A DNA stretch of 64,000 nucleotides from an uncultured Acidobacteriota bacterium (GTDB taxonomy: Bacteria > Acidobacteriota > Terriglobia > Acidiferrales > UBA7541). The DNA is taken from the NCBI GenBank assembly GCA_963703675.1, contig CAVPFH010000011.1, forward strand, positions 10,565 through 74,564, written 5' to 3'. This document shows positions 35,182 through 44,074 of this stretch, piece by piece (the first letter of the stretch is position 1; every line of letters starts with the position of its first letter). Under the pieces are notes generated by a model. The model saw only the letters and a program-made list of their open reading frames with translations, made no database searches and was not told where the DNA came from. The position numbers and the translations under genes are program-made.

Positions 35182-36303
35182 TTAATCTATCTTCGCGGTT
35201 GTTTTTAATTCGTCATCCTGAGCGCAGCGCAGGACCTCTGTTCGATTTTCCCCTGCCTCAGCGCTCTGTATCCGTGCCGTCTGCCCAGCCTCCACAAAAG
35301 CTTTTGCATTCGCCACAGGAGTCTTCGGCAAAATACCGTGCCCCAGATTTAAGATATGCCCGAGCCCGCCGGTTTTTTCCACCGCAGTCTGAGCAGCTTG
35401 ACGAACAGCAGCCTCGTCGTCGTGCAACACATTAGGATCGACATTCCCCTGCAGCGCCACTTTGCGGCCGAGCGTCCGCCGAGCCTCTGCAAGATCGGTA
35501 TTCCAATCCACACTCAACACATCGGCACCTGATTGCGCCAGACTTTCCAACAAACGAGCGGAACCCTTCGCAAACAAAATTTTCGGCACCTGCGGATGCC
35601 CGAGCAATTCGTAAACCAGCTTCGTAGCAGGCAGCTCGAACGCATGATACTCGGCAGGACTGAGCTCCCCGGCCCAGGTATCAAAAAGCTGTATAACCGA
35701 TGCCCCAGCCGCGATCTGCGACTTTAAATATTCCGCTGTAGCGCGCGCAATCCGTTCCAAAAGCTCGCGCACAATTTCAGGTTCGTTGCGCAACATCTGC
35801 ATAGCGCGTGAAATATCGCCGCGTGTTTGCCCCTCGATCATGTAACAAGCCAAAGTCCATGGAGCGGCAGCAAAGCCGATCACCGGCACATCAGGCCCGG
35901 CTTCCTTGCATATTGCGCGAATGGCGTCGCCTACGAACCCCGTCTCGCGCGCCGGGTCAAAATCGCGCAAACGCCGCACAGCCGCCAAATCGCGCACCGG
36001 GTTCGACAAAATAGGCCCCGAATCCGGCACATCGAGCGGCAAACCCATAGCTTCGGCGACAATCAAAATATCGGAAAAAACAATAATTGCATCCACGCCC
36101 AAAACACGAAAAGGCTGCAGCGAAACTTCCGCAGCCACCTCCGGCGTCTTGCAAATTTGCAAAAAGGTATGATTTTTTCGGACAGCCTGATATTCCGGCA
36201 GGTACCGCCCCGCCTGACGCATAATCCAGACCGGCATACGCTCGACAGGTTCAAAGCGGCAAGCGCGCAAAAACAGGTCTTTGCGGTTTTCTGCAGGGTT
36301 CAT
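35182..36303 (-). CDS. hemE: Uroporphyrinogen decarboxylase, with a C-terminal tail partly encoded by a REP-like element
   Basis: PVWIMRQAGRYLPEY signature. Preferred start ATG 36303 (MNPAENRKDLF...); the ORF-track start at 36420 adds non-homologous residues. The tail ...TEVLRCAQDDELKTTAKID is translated across the repeat at 35212-35238. Confidence 0.85.
   Translation of the reverse strand: MNPAENRKDLFLRACRFEPVERMPVWIMRQAGRYLPEYQAVRKNHTFLQICKTPEVAAEVSLQPFRVLGVDAIIVFSDILIVAEAMGLPLDVPDSGPILSNPVRDLAAVRRLRDFDPARETGFVGDAIRAICKEAGPDVPVIGFAAAPWTLACYMIEGQTRGDISRAMQMLRNEPEIVRELLERIARATAEYLKSQIAAGASVIQLFDTWAGELSPAEYHAFELPATKLVYELLGHPQVPKILFAKGSARLLESLAQSGADVLSVDWNTDLAEARRTLGRKVALQGNVDPNVLHDDEAAVRQAAQTAVEKTGGLGHILNLGHGILPKTPVANAKAFVEAGQTARIQSAEAGENRTEVLRCAQDDELKTTAKID
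35212..35238 (+). repeat. REP-like hairpin element, type 1 (GTCATCCTGAGCGCAGCGCAGGACCTC)
   Basis: Stem TCCTG/CAGGA around the loop AGCGCAGCG. 25 of 27 positions match the reverse complement of 57446-57472. Confidence 0.65.
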
Positions 36304-36388
36304 GGCTTCCGTGTCATGATAACAGAAGGCGTTTAGAGCCGTATGCTTAGGCATTACTAAACCTGGCAGCCGTACATCGTAGAACACG

Positions 36389-36417
36389 CGCCACATCGAC
36401 GCCATGAGCGTTATAAT
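36389..36417 (+). promoter_or_regulatory. Candidate sigma70-type promoter for the ccsA-like/hemACDBL operon
   Basis: Perfect TATAAT at 36412-36417, 30 nt upstream of ATG 36447. Only a weak -35 (GCCACA) at 17-nt spacing. Confidence 0.3.
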
Positions 36418-36446
36418 CAACGGGCAACCCGGAGTTTTCGCTTTTC

Positions 36447-37262
36447 ATGACACATTTCCTGGGCGATTTGAGCCTGGCACTGTATGTGGCCAGTTTTATC
36501 TGCTACGCCCGTATTCTGTACGTCCCCACTCTCCGGATTGGTCGCCTGGCGTCCGCCCTGCTGGCCGCCGGAATTTTCGCGCAGTATTGGGCGCTGTATG
36601 AAAGGTCTCTAGCGCTGCACACAGTCCCGTACGATGACTTGTTCGGTTCCATGTCGCTGTTCGCCTGGCTCCTGGGGATTACATATCTGGGATTGGAGTT
36701 ATTCCATCGTGAACGCGCGGTCGGCGCCTTCGTAACTCTGCTACTGGTCTGCTGGATCGCCCTGCTTGGCCTTCTGACGCCGCACTCTCTCGCCGCTCCG
36801 TCCGTGCCACGCGGCCCGCTGTTTGCGTTTCACGTCACGCTCAACACCTGGGCTTACGCGGCGTTCGCGCTTTCCTTCGTGCTCAGCGTCATCTATCTGG
36901 TTCAGGATCAAGTCCTACGGTCGCGGCGTCTAGGCGTCCCGTTCTGGCGATTCCCGGCGCTGGACGTGCTGGATCGCATGGCCCGCAGCAGCGTGTATGT
37001 AGGTTTGGTGGCACTCGCTCTAGGCGTCTCGATGGGTTTCACGTGGGAGCATCGTCTGCGCGGCACTTATTCATGGGGCGATCCGAAAGTGATCATCACC
37101 ATGGCGATTGTCGGCGTGTACGTAGCCTATCTGTTGCTGTCGCGCAACGCCAATTGGCGCGGCGCACGCGCCGCGATGCTATGCGCGTTTAATTTTATAA
37201 TGGTCCTCTTCAGCTACACATTTGTGAACTTGTATCTCACCAGGTTTCACCGCTATCTCTGA
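36447..37262 (+). CDS. Cytochrome c assembly (CcsA/HemX-like) integral membrane protein
   Basis: 271 aa, about 8 TM helices, with a W-rich loop remnant (TYSWGDPKV). Adjacent to hemA, like Bacillus hemX. Confidence 0.7.
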   Translation: MTHFLGDLSLALYVASFICYARILYVPTLRIGRLASALLAAGIFAQYWALYERSLALHTVPYDDLFGSMSLFAWLLGITYLGLELFHRERAVGAFVTLLLVCWIALLGLLTPHSLAAPSVPRGPLFAFHVTLNTWAYAAFALSFVLSVIYLVQDQVLRSRRLGVPFWRFPALDVLDRMARSSVYVGLVALALGVSMGFTWEHRLRGTYSWGDPKVIITMAIVGVYVAYLLLSRNANWRGARAAMLCAFNFIMVLFSYTFVNLYLTRFHRYL

Positions 37263-38587
37263 TGCCGACGATGGCCGCCAATTCGAATCGTCCGAACCAA
37301 GTGCGAATTCGTGTGGCCCTGATCGGCTGCAATCATCGCACCGCGCCGGTAGAGCTTCGCGAACGAATCGCTTTTACTTCGCAGCAGGCCCTGCAGGCTG
37401 CCGATGAATTGCGTCACCGCGGAATCCTGGAAGAAGCCGTAGTGATTTCCACCTGCAATCGCAGCGAACTGTACGGCGTGCCGGGAGATCTCTCGCCGTC
37501 ATCCGGCGCGGAAGCCATGGAAGATTATTTCACATCGTTCCATCGCATCCCTCGCGGCGATCTGGAAGGTCGCTTCTATCGCTGGTCGGGCCCAGACGCC
37601 GTGCGTCATTTATTCCGCGTCGCAGCCGGGCTCGACTCCATGCTTCTGGGTGAAGCTGAAATCCTGGGTCAATTGCGCACTGCGTACAATCAAGCCCTCG
37701 ATCACGGAGCCACGGGCCCGGTCCTGAACCGAATTTTTCAAGGCGCTCTGGAAGTAGGCAAGCGCGTGCGCAGCGAAACCGAAGTCGGCGCACGACCGAT
37801 GTCAGTGGCGCTAGCAGGCGTCAAGCTAGCGGAACGCGTTTTCGGCAATCTCAAAGGCCATTCGGCGCTAATTTTGGGCGCTGGCGCAGTAGCCGAACAA
37901 GTAGTCGAGCACATGCGCAATCGCGGCATCGGCAACCTGCGCGTGATAAACCGCTCGTTCGATCGTGCCGCCGAACTAGCGCAGCGCGTGGGCGCGGAAG
38001 CAATCGCCTGGGAATCACTGGAATCAGTACTGGGAGCACCCGACATTCTGGTCACGTCGGTCAGCGCAACCGGACCGGTGCTGACGCGCGAAATGCTGGA
38101 ACGCGCCATCGCCGCGAGGTCAGGCCGCCCGGTTTTCGTCGTGGACCTAGGTGTACCCCGCAACGTCGCCGAAAGCTCAGCAGGCCTCTACAATCTCTAT
38201 CTCTACAACGTCGACGACCTGGGCGAAATCGTCGAACAGAACAAAAAAGCGCGCGAATCCGAAATCCCGCGAGCCGAAGCAATCATTGCCGAACACATCG
38301 ACAAATTCGAAGTCTGGCGCAGCGCGCTTGAGGCCGGCACCATCGTCAACGACCTTCGCGACCAGTTCCACAAACATCGCGAGCTGATAATCCGGGAAAA
38401 ACTGAAAGACATGGACGACGTCTCGTCCGACGAACGAAACCGTATAGCGCACATCACCGAGGAATTAATCGAGCGCCTGCTGGAAGAGCCGCAAGAAAAA
38501 CTGAAACACGGCCGTGGCATGCGAGGCCGGCTGGCCGGGCTCGAGGCCCTACGCCACCTCTTCGGTCTGGACGAAGGAAAGAAGTGA
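37262..38587 (+). CDS. hemA: Glutamyl-tRNA reductase
   Basis: IGCNHRTAPVELRERIAF, the catalytic-Cys block STCNRSELY, and an NADPH site (LGAGAVAE). TGATG overlap with the upstream gene. Confidence 0.9.
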   Translation: MPTMAANSNRPNQVRIRVALIGCNHRTAPVELRERIAFTSQQALQAADELRHRGILEEAVVISTCNRSELYGVPGDLSPSSGAEAMEDYFTSFHRIPRGDLEGRFYRWSGPDAVRHLFRVAAGLDSMLLGEAEILGQLRTAYNQALDHGATGPVLNRIFQGALEVGKRVRSETEVGARPMSVALAGVKLAERVFGNLKGHSALILGAGAVAEQVVEHMRNRGIGNLRVINRSFDRAAELAQRVGAEAIAWESLESVLGAPDILVTSVSATGPVLTREMLERAIAARSGRPVFVVDLGVPRNVAESSAGLYNLYLYNVDDLGEIVEQNKKARESEIPRAEAIIAEHIDKFEVWRSALEAGTIVNDLRDQFHKHRELIIREKLKDMDDVSSDERNRIAHITEELIERLLEEPQEKLKHGRGMRGRLAGLEALRHLFGLDEGKK

Positions 38588-39528
38588 AGCCGTTACGAAT
38601 CGGCACGCGCGGCAGCGCGCTGGCGCTCCGGCAAGCCAACCACTTTCGCGAAGCGCTGGAAAAGACCTGCGGAGTTGCCGCTGAGATAGTGATAATCAAA
38701 ACTTCGGGCGATCAATTTGCGACAGCGCCACCTGATCAAATCGGCGTAAAAGGAGTTTTCACCAAAGAACTGGAAGACGCGTTGCTCGACGCTCGCGCCG
38801 ACGTAGCCGTCCATAGCATGAAGGACGTCCCCACGGAGCTTTCAGACGCCTGCCGCGTAATCACGGTTTTCAAGCGCGAAGATGCACGAGACGCGCTGGT
38901 ATCGCATCGTGGCGAGACGCTCGAAAAATTGCCGCACGGAGCGCGAATCGGCACGAGTAGTCTGCGGCGCGCCTCGCAACTTCGCTTGTACCGCCCGGAT
39001 TTTCAAATCGCCGAACTACGCGGGAACGTTGACACGCGTCTGCGCAAGGTGTCGTCCGGCGAATATGACGCGATCGTAGTGGCGAAAGCGGGCATCGACC
39101 GCCTGAATTTATCGGCACGCATTACGGAGGTGTTGTCGCCTGGAGTTGTCGTTCCGGCGGTCGGTCAAGGCGCTCTAGGAGTCGAGTTCCTGAAGGCTCG
39201 CGAGAGCGAGTTGAAATTTCTGACCCGGTTGGTGGACAACGATACAGCACAGGCTGTCGCTGCGGAGCGCGCTCTACTCGCAAAGCTGCAAGGCGGCTGC
39301 CGACTGCCGATAGGCGCATGGGCGCGATTGCAAAACGGCATTATGGTCCTAGATGCTTGCGTGCTATCGGCTGAAGGCAACGAATCCATCCGCCGACAAG
39401 GCGAAAAGAAATGCACCTCAGCATCGGACGCGGAGTCTCTCGGGCGACAAGTAGCCGGCGAGCTTCTCGCGGCCGGCGCCGATAAGCTGCTTCGAATGGC
39501 GGGAAGGTCCGTTGGACAATCGCGATAA
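38584..39528 (+). CDS. hemC: Hydroxymethylbilane synthase (porphobilinogen deaminase)
   Basis: LRIGTRGSALALRQA, HSMKDVPTEL and LRGNVDTRLRKV. GTGA overlap with hemA. Confidence 0.9.
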   Translation: MKPLRIGTRGSALALRQANHFREALEKTCGVAAEIVIIKTSGDQFATAPPDQIGVKGVFTKELEDALLDARADVAVHSMKDVPTELSDACRVITVFKREDARDALVSHRGETLEKLPHGARIGTSSLRRASQLRLYRPDFQIAELRGNVDTRLRKVSSGEYDAIVVAKAGIDRLNLSARITEVLSPGVVVPAVGQGALGVEFLKARESELKFLTRLVDNDTAQAVAAERALLAKLQGGCRLPIGAWARLQNGIMVLDACVLSAEGNESIRRQGEKKCTSASDAESLGRQVAGELLAAGADKLLRMAGRSVGQSR

Positions 39529-40342
39529 AACGCAAGTCACAGGGACGCTGGCTGGCAGGAGGATCGTGGTCACTCGCGCACCCGAACAAGCGGGCGGATT
39601 AATTCGCGCCCTTGAATTACGAGGTGCTACGGTGTTGCCGCTTCCCACGGTAAGTTTTGCGCCTCCCCAAGATCCCAAAGATGTTGATGCCGCCATCGCG
39701 CGCCTCGCCGACTTCGACTGGATTCTGTTCACCAGCCAGAATGCGGTACGATTCCTCTGTCGTCGTTGGCGTGAATTGGGAAATGAGCCGGCCGCGTTGG
39801 CATCTTTGCCCGGAAGCATCGCCGCGGTGGGCTCCGCGACGGCGCGTGCTGCTGAATCAGAAGGTCTGCGAGTGGATTACATCGCACAAACTCAAACAGG
39901 AGAATCGCTCGGGTTCGAACTCCGCGATTCAATGGCAGGCAAGAATGTTCTGCTGCCGCGCAGCGATCGTGTGGACGATCGTCTACCATCGGCATTGTGC
40001 GAGGCAGGAGCGCACGTTAGCGAGGTAGTCGCCTATCGCACGTTGGCGCCCGAAACGCTCGATAAGCAAGTTCTGGCCCAGGTGCGCGCCGCGGAAATCG
40101 ATGCGATCGTTTTTGCCAGCCCATCGGCATTCCATAATCTGACCGCATTCATCTCCGCGCCGGAGCTGGCCGCGCTTTCAGAGCGAGTTCAGTTCGCGAC
40201 AATCGGTTCAACCACTACACGCGCGCTACAGGACGCCGCTGTGCGCGTTGCCATCGAATCGAATGACTCATCATCGGCTGGCCTGACGGATGCAATCGCC
40301 AAGCATTACCAGCGCCAGACGACCACAGTGAGGCACGCATGA
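39512..40342 (+). CDS. hemD: Uroporphyrinogen-III synthase
   Basis: 276 aa. HEM4-type pattern ([31 protein letters not shown]...ILFTSQNAV). TTG start overlaps hemC by 17 nt. Confidence 0.8.
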   Translation: MDNRDKTQVTGTLAGRRIVVTRAPEQAGGLIRALELRGATVLPLPTVSFAPPQDPKDVDAAIARLADFDWILFTSQNAVRFLCRRWRELGNEPAALASLPGSIAAVGSATARAAESEGLRVDYIAQTQTGESLGFELRDSMAGKNVLLPRSDRVDDRLPSALCEAGAHVSEVVAYRTLAPETLDKQVLAQVRAAEIDAIVFASPSAFHNLTAFISAPELAALSERVQFATIGSTTTRALQDAAVRVAIESNDSSSAGLTDAIAKHYQRQTTTVRHA

Positions 40343-41325
40343 GTTTTCCAGCACATCGCCCGCGCCGTTTGCGCCGCAATGAAGCGCTGCGCGGCTTGGT
40401 TCGCGAAACCAGACTCTCCAGCAGCGGACTGGTCTATCCGATGTTCGCTTGCCCGGGCACCAAAATACGCACGGAAATCAGCTCGATGCCCGGCATCTAC
40501 CAGCAATCCGCCGATCAGATCGTGGAAGAGTGCCGCGAGGTAGTCGATCTGGGAATTTCCGCCGTGATTCTGTTTGGTTTGCCGGAACACAAAGACGAAC
40601 TCGGCTCGGAAGCTGCGGCAGCACGAGGCGCGGTGCAGCGTTCGATTGAAGCCATTCGCAAAGCCAAGCTGAACATTCTGGTAATTTCCGATGTCTGCCT
40701 CTGCGAATACACCAGCCACGGCCATTGCGGCGTGGTCCGCGATGGAGAAATACTGAATGACCCGAGCCTGGTCCTTCTCGCCGACGCAGCACTTTCGCAG
40801 GCACGAGCCGGAGCGGACATCGTCGCGCCATCAGACATGATGGACGGCCGCGTAGCCGCGATTCGCCGACGCCTCGATGAAAACAATTTCGAAGGCATCG
40901 CCATCCTTGCCTACGCCGCGAAATATTGTTCAGCTTTTTACGGTCCGTTCCGCCAAGCCGCACAATCAGCCCCGCAGTTCGGCGACCGACGCAGCTATCA
41001 GATGGACCCGGGAAATGTGAGGGAAGCGTTACGCGAAGTAGCGATGGACCTGGAAGAAGGCGCGGACATCATCATGGTAAAACCGGCGCTGCCATATCTG
41101 GACGTGGTCCAGCGAGTCCACGAGCAATTCAATGTTCCGCTAGCCGCGTACAACGTAAGCGGCGAATATTCGATGGTAAAAGCAGCAGCGCAAAACGGCT
41201 GGATCGACGAGCGCCGAGTAGTGCTGGAAATACTAACCGGCATTCAGCGAGCCGGCGCCGAAATGATCCTGTCGTATCACGCGAAAGACGTGGCGCGCTG
41301 GCTGAAAACGTGCAACGGAGACTGA
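40339..41325 (+). CDS. hemB: Porphobilinogen synthase (Zn-type)
   Basis: [16 protein letters not shown], the Cys-rich Zn site [14 protein letters not shown], and the active-site Lys region ([11 protein letters not shown]). ATGA overlap with hemD. Confidence 0.9.
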   Translation: MSFPAHRPRRLRRNEALRGLVRETRLSSSGLVYPMFACPGTKIRTEISSMPGIYQQSADQIVEECREVVDLGISAVILFGLPEHKDELGSEAAAARGAVQRSIEAIRKAKLNILVISDVCLCEYTSHGHCGVVRDGEILNDPSLVLLADAALSQARAGADIVAPSDMMDGRVAAIRRRLDENNFEGIAILAYAAKYCSAFYGPFRQAAQSAPQFGDRRSYQMDPGNVREALREVAMDLEEGADIIMVKPALPYLDVVQRVHEQFNVPLAAYNVSGEYSMVKAAAQNGWIDERRVVLEILTGIQRAGAEMILSYHAKDVARWLKTCNGD

Positions 41326-41331
41326 GCCGAC

Positions 41332-42678
41332 ATGGCAAGCGAAACAGTAAAGAGCGCAAAAGAAAAATCAACCGATAGCGCGCGGCACACGCGTCCACGA
41401 TCCATGGAGATCTTCGAACGCGGCAAGAAGACGCTCGTAGGAGGAGTAAACAGCCCGGTTCGCGCGTTTCGCGCGGTGGGCGGATCGCCTCTGGTAATTG
41501 ATCACGCTGCCGGCACTCGCCTTTACGACGTCGATGGCAACGAATATCTGGATTACGTTTGCTCCTGGGGCGCGCTGATTTTGGGCCATGCCCATCCGGA
41601 CGTGGTAGCAGCGGTCACGGATCAGGCAAAGCGCGGCACCAGTTACGGCATGACCTCTCCGCTCGAAATCGAACTCGGTGAAAAAATCACTCGCGCAATT
41701 CCGTCGGTAGAGATGGTCCGCTTCGTAAGCTCCGGGACGGAAGCGGCGATGTCCGCCGTTCGCCTCGCGCGCGCATACACCGAACGCGATCTGGTAATTA
41801 AATTCGAAGGCTGCTATCACGGACATTCCGACGGATTCTTATCCGAAGCAGGCTCGGGTCTGGCAACTCTAGGAATCGCAGCGTGCCCAGGTGTACCGGA
41901 CGCGTTTGCCGGCCTGACATTGAACACGCCTTACAACAATTTAGAAGGCGTGGCGAATCTTTTTCGCCGGTATCCCAAGAAAATCGCGGCGATCATCGTC
42001 GAACCGGTAGCGGCAAACATGGGATTGGCAGCGCCAGCCCCCGGATTCCTGGAAGGACTGCGCGAGATTACAAAAACAGAAGGCGCGCTGCTGATTTTTG
42101 ACGAGGTAATTACCGGCTTTCGCATGGCCTACGGAGGCGCGCAGCAAGTTTACAAGATCGATCCGGATCTCACAGTGATGGGCAAAATCATCGGCGGCGG
42201 CTTGCCAGTGGCGGCCTACGGAGGCAAACGCCAAATCATGGAGCGCGTCGCGCCGCTCGGCCCGGTCTATCAAGCGGGTACACTATCCGGTAATCCCTTG
42301 GCGATGCGCGCCGGCTTAGCGACGCTGCCAAAACTCGAAGCGCCGGGATTTTACGAAGCGGTGAACAACAGAACCGAGCGTCTGGCCCAAGGCCTGCGCG
42401 CGGCGCTGGCAGAAACCGGGATGGAGGGCGTGGTGAATGTCGCAGGCTCGCTGCTGACAATTTTCTTTTGCGGAGGTCCGATCAATAATTATTCAGACGC
42501 GAAAAAGTCCGACACCGCGCTATTCGCGAAATTCTTCCAGCAGATGCTCGGGCGCGGAATCTTCCTGCCGCCATCGCAATACGAAGCTCTTTTCGTTTCC
42601 GCCGTCCACTCCGATTCCGACATCGAACAAACAATCGAAGCGGCTCGCGAAAGCCTGAGGGCGATCCGCGCAGCCTAA
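41332..42678 (+). CDS. hemL: Glutamate-1-semialdehyde 2,1-aminomutase
   Basis: GGVNSPVRAFRAVGG, FDEVITGFR and the PLP-lysine block MGKIIGGGLPVAAYGG. Confidence 0.9.
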   Translation: MASETVKSAKEKSTDSARHTRPRSMEIFERGKKTLVGGVNSPVRAFRAVGGSPLVIDHAAGTRLYDVDGNEYLDYVCSWGALILGHAHPDVVAAVTDQAKRGTSYGMTSPLEIELGEKITRAIPSVEMVRFVSSGTEAAMSAVRLARAYTERDLVIKFEGCYHGHSDGFLSEAGSGLATLGIAACPGVPDAFAGLTLNTPYNNLEGVANLFRRYPKKIAAIIVEPVAANMGLAAPAPGFLEGLREITKTEGALLIFDEVITGFRMAYGGAQQVYKIDPDLTVMGKIIGGGLPVAAYGGKRQIMERVAPLGPVYQAGTLSGNPLAMRAGLATLPKLEAPGFYEAVNNRTERLAQGLRAALAETGMEGVVNVAGSLLTIFFCGGPINNYSDAKKSDTALFAKFFQQMLGRGIFLPPSQYEALFVSAVHSDSDIEQTIEAARESLRAIRAA

Positions 42679-43136
42679 AGCCTGAAAGAGTAAGCGTGCA
42701 AAACCTAAGCCCTTGATCAAACGCCGCTACGCGTTGGTTTATAGCTTCAACCCCACAGCAAGGTTCTGTAGAGGTGGGTCTCAGACCAGCCCGAACTTCC
42801 ACAGTGCCCGCGCAGTAATCCGACAGGGCATTCACATCCACGCAAAATCTTCATCGGCTGCGCAGGTCCAAATTCGACGACTCTGCATCCGAAGCGAAAG
42901 TCCCGCGAAGGTTGTTCCTCTAGCCCGCTTCGAATCAAGAACTTGGAAGTGGTAACCCCAGTACTAGCGAAGGGAAAGGCTTTTCCCCTAAGCAGCCTCC
43001 GAGATTCGCGAAACGGTGACAAAAACCACTCGATCCACCCTTAAGTCCCGCATATCCAATGAACACTGTATGCAACCGGGATGGTCCGACCCGTGCATTC
43101 TCTCCTGGCATCGGGCAAGACAGGAGACCACCTCTC
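42679..43136. other. Roughly 460-nt spacer without a convincing ORF; contains hairpins and a REP-like fragment
   Basis: ORF-track entries here (42713-42955 plus strand, 42747-43022 minus strand) look non-protein-like. Hairpin GGGAAA-GGCT-TTTCCC at 42972-42987. The fragment GCATCCGAAGCGAAAG...CGAAGG around 42885-42912 resembles the type 1 REP. Confidence 0.4.
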
Positions 43137-43790
43137 ATGGTATTTGCCGTTGCCGCACTGTTCCTTCAGTTTCAAGCGTTTGCACCATCGGTTCAAACGC
43201 TAACGGCTACGTCATTCTCGGCTCCTGATACTCGCGTAAGCAACCCGCCCGCAGTCGCCAATACTCATCCAGACTCCGTCACCTCTACGACAGAATCATC
43301 CTCGCTGCAGATGAATCTAGACCCAGTGCATCTGGACAAAGAAATTTCGAAGACCCATGTCCCTGCAACCTTGACTACAGTCGCACTCGAATCCCCTCAA
43401 AATTCGCAATCGTTTTCAACGGTTCGCATCCCCACAGAACCTTCTAAGGGATATTCAATTAAAGAAGCGATGTCTCTGCCGTCACATCGTGAATGGTTCG
43501 CGCTGTCGATCGTCGAACATGGAGCGGCTGCGTTTGACGCATACTCCACGCGCCAAGCCGTCGGACACGGAGCGGTGGAAGACGATCCTCTCATGCGCCC
43601 GTTTGCGCATTCACCGGCAATCTACGCGGCTACGCAGGTGGGCCCGGTAGTGTTCGACCTGCTCGCGCGACACATGCAACGCAGCGAATATCCCATGGTG
43701 CGGCGCATCTGGTGGATGCCGCAAAGCGTCAGCGCCGGTTTATCGATTTTTTCAGGCGCGCACAATTTAAGTGTAGCTGGCAAACGGTAA
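43137..43790 (+). CDS. Hypothetical secreted/membrane protein
   Basis: AGGAG lies 10 nt upstream of ATG 43137. Signal-like N-terminus (MVFAVAALFLQFQAFAPS), a Ser/Thr/Pro-rich linker, and a hydrophobic C-terminal half. No family recognised. Confidence 0.5.
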   Translation: MVFAVAALFLQFQAFAPSVQTLTATSFSAPDTRVSNPPAVANTHPDSVTSTTESSSLQMNLDPVHLDKEISKTHVPATLTTVALESPQNSQSFSTVRIPTEPSKGYSIKEAMSLPSHREWFALSIVEHGAAAFDAYSTRQAVGHGAVEDDPLMRPFAHSPAIYAATQVGPVVFDLLARHMQRSEYPMVRRIWWMPQSVSAGLSIFSGAHNLSVAGKR

Positions 43791-43865
43791 GCAATAAGCG
43801 ACCGACCGGCAGTTGCGATTAACCCTTCACTCTTTCTCTGGCGGGGAAGAGGTTTTAAAAAAACG

Positions 43866-43901
43866 ATGGCAGCGGGCCTCTCCTCCCGCTGCCATTTTTT
43901 T
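43866..43901. terminator. Bidirectional Rho-independent terminator between convergent genes
   Basis: Perfect 11-bp stem ATGGCAGCGGG / CCCGCTGCCAT with an 8-nt loop. The plus strand continues with a T run of 7 to 43901. An A run of 7 (43857-43863) sits upstream, giving a T run on the minus strand. Confidence 0.8.
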
Positions 43902-44074
43902 CGTAATGGCTCAGCGCTCATTTATATGCATGGTTCCAGGATGTAAATGTAGCGCCGCGGCCTTTTTACTGTGAAGAATGAAGGGTAGCGCGGCGTCGCG
44001 ACACGGGCGCCGAACGCGCGGCGGGACAAAACTCGGGTCCACGAGGGGTAGCCTGCTGAAGACTCTCACTCCGC

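Noticed and set aside
42700-43060. Possible tmRNA, RNase P RNA or SRP RNA. The minus strand has GGGGUUACC...GAUUCGAAGCGGG and CUGUGGGGUUGAAGCUAUAAACC, which recall tmRNA segments. The plus strand has AGCAAGG and GCGAAAGUCCCGCG, which recall RNase P CR motifs.
   Set aside because: There is no tRNA-like 3' end (T-arm plus CCA-proximal acceptor), and the spacing between GGGG and the UUCGA box is wrong. The only tag-like frame (AADEDFAWM) has no Ala-Ala end. The RNase P-like strings are in the wrong order and the region is too short. I treat these as chance similarities until a covariance-model scan says otherwise.
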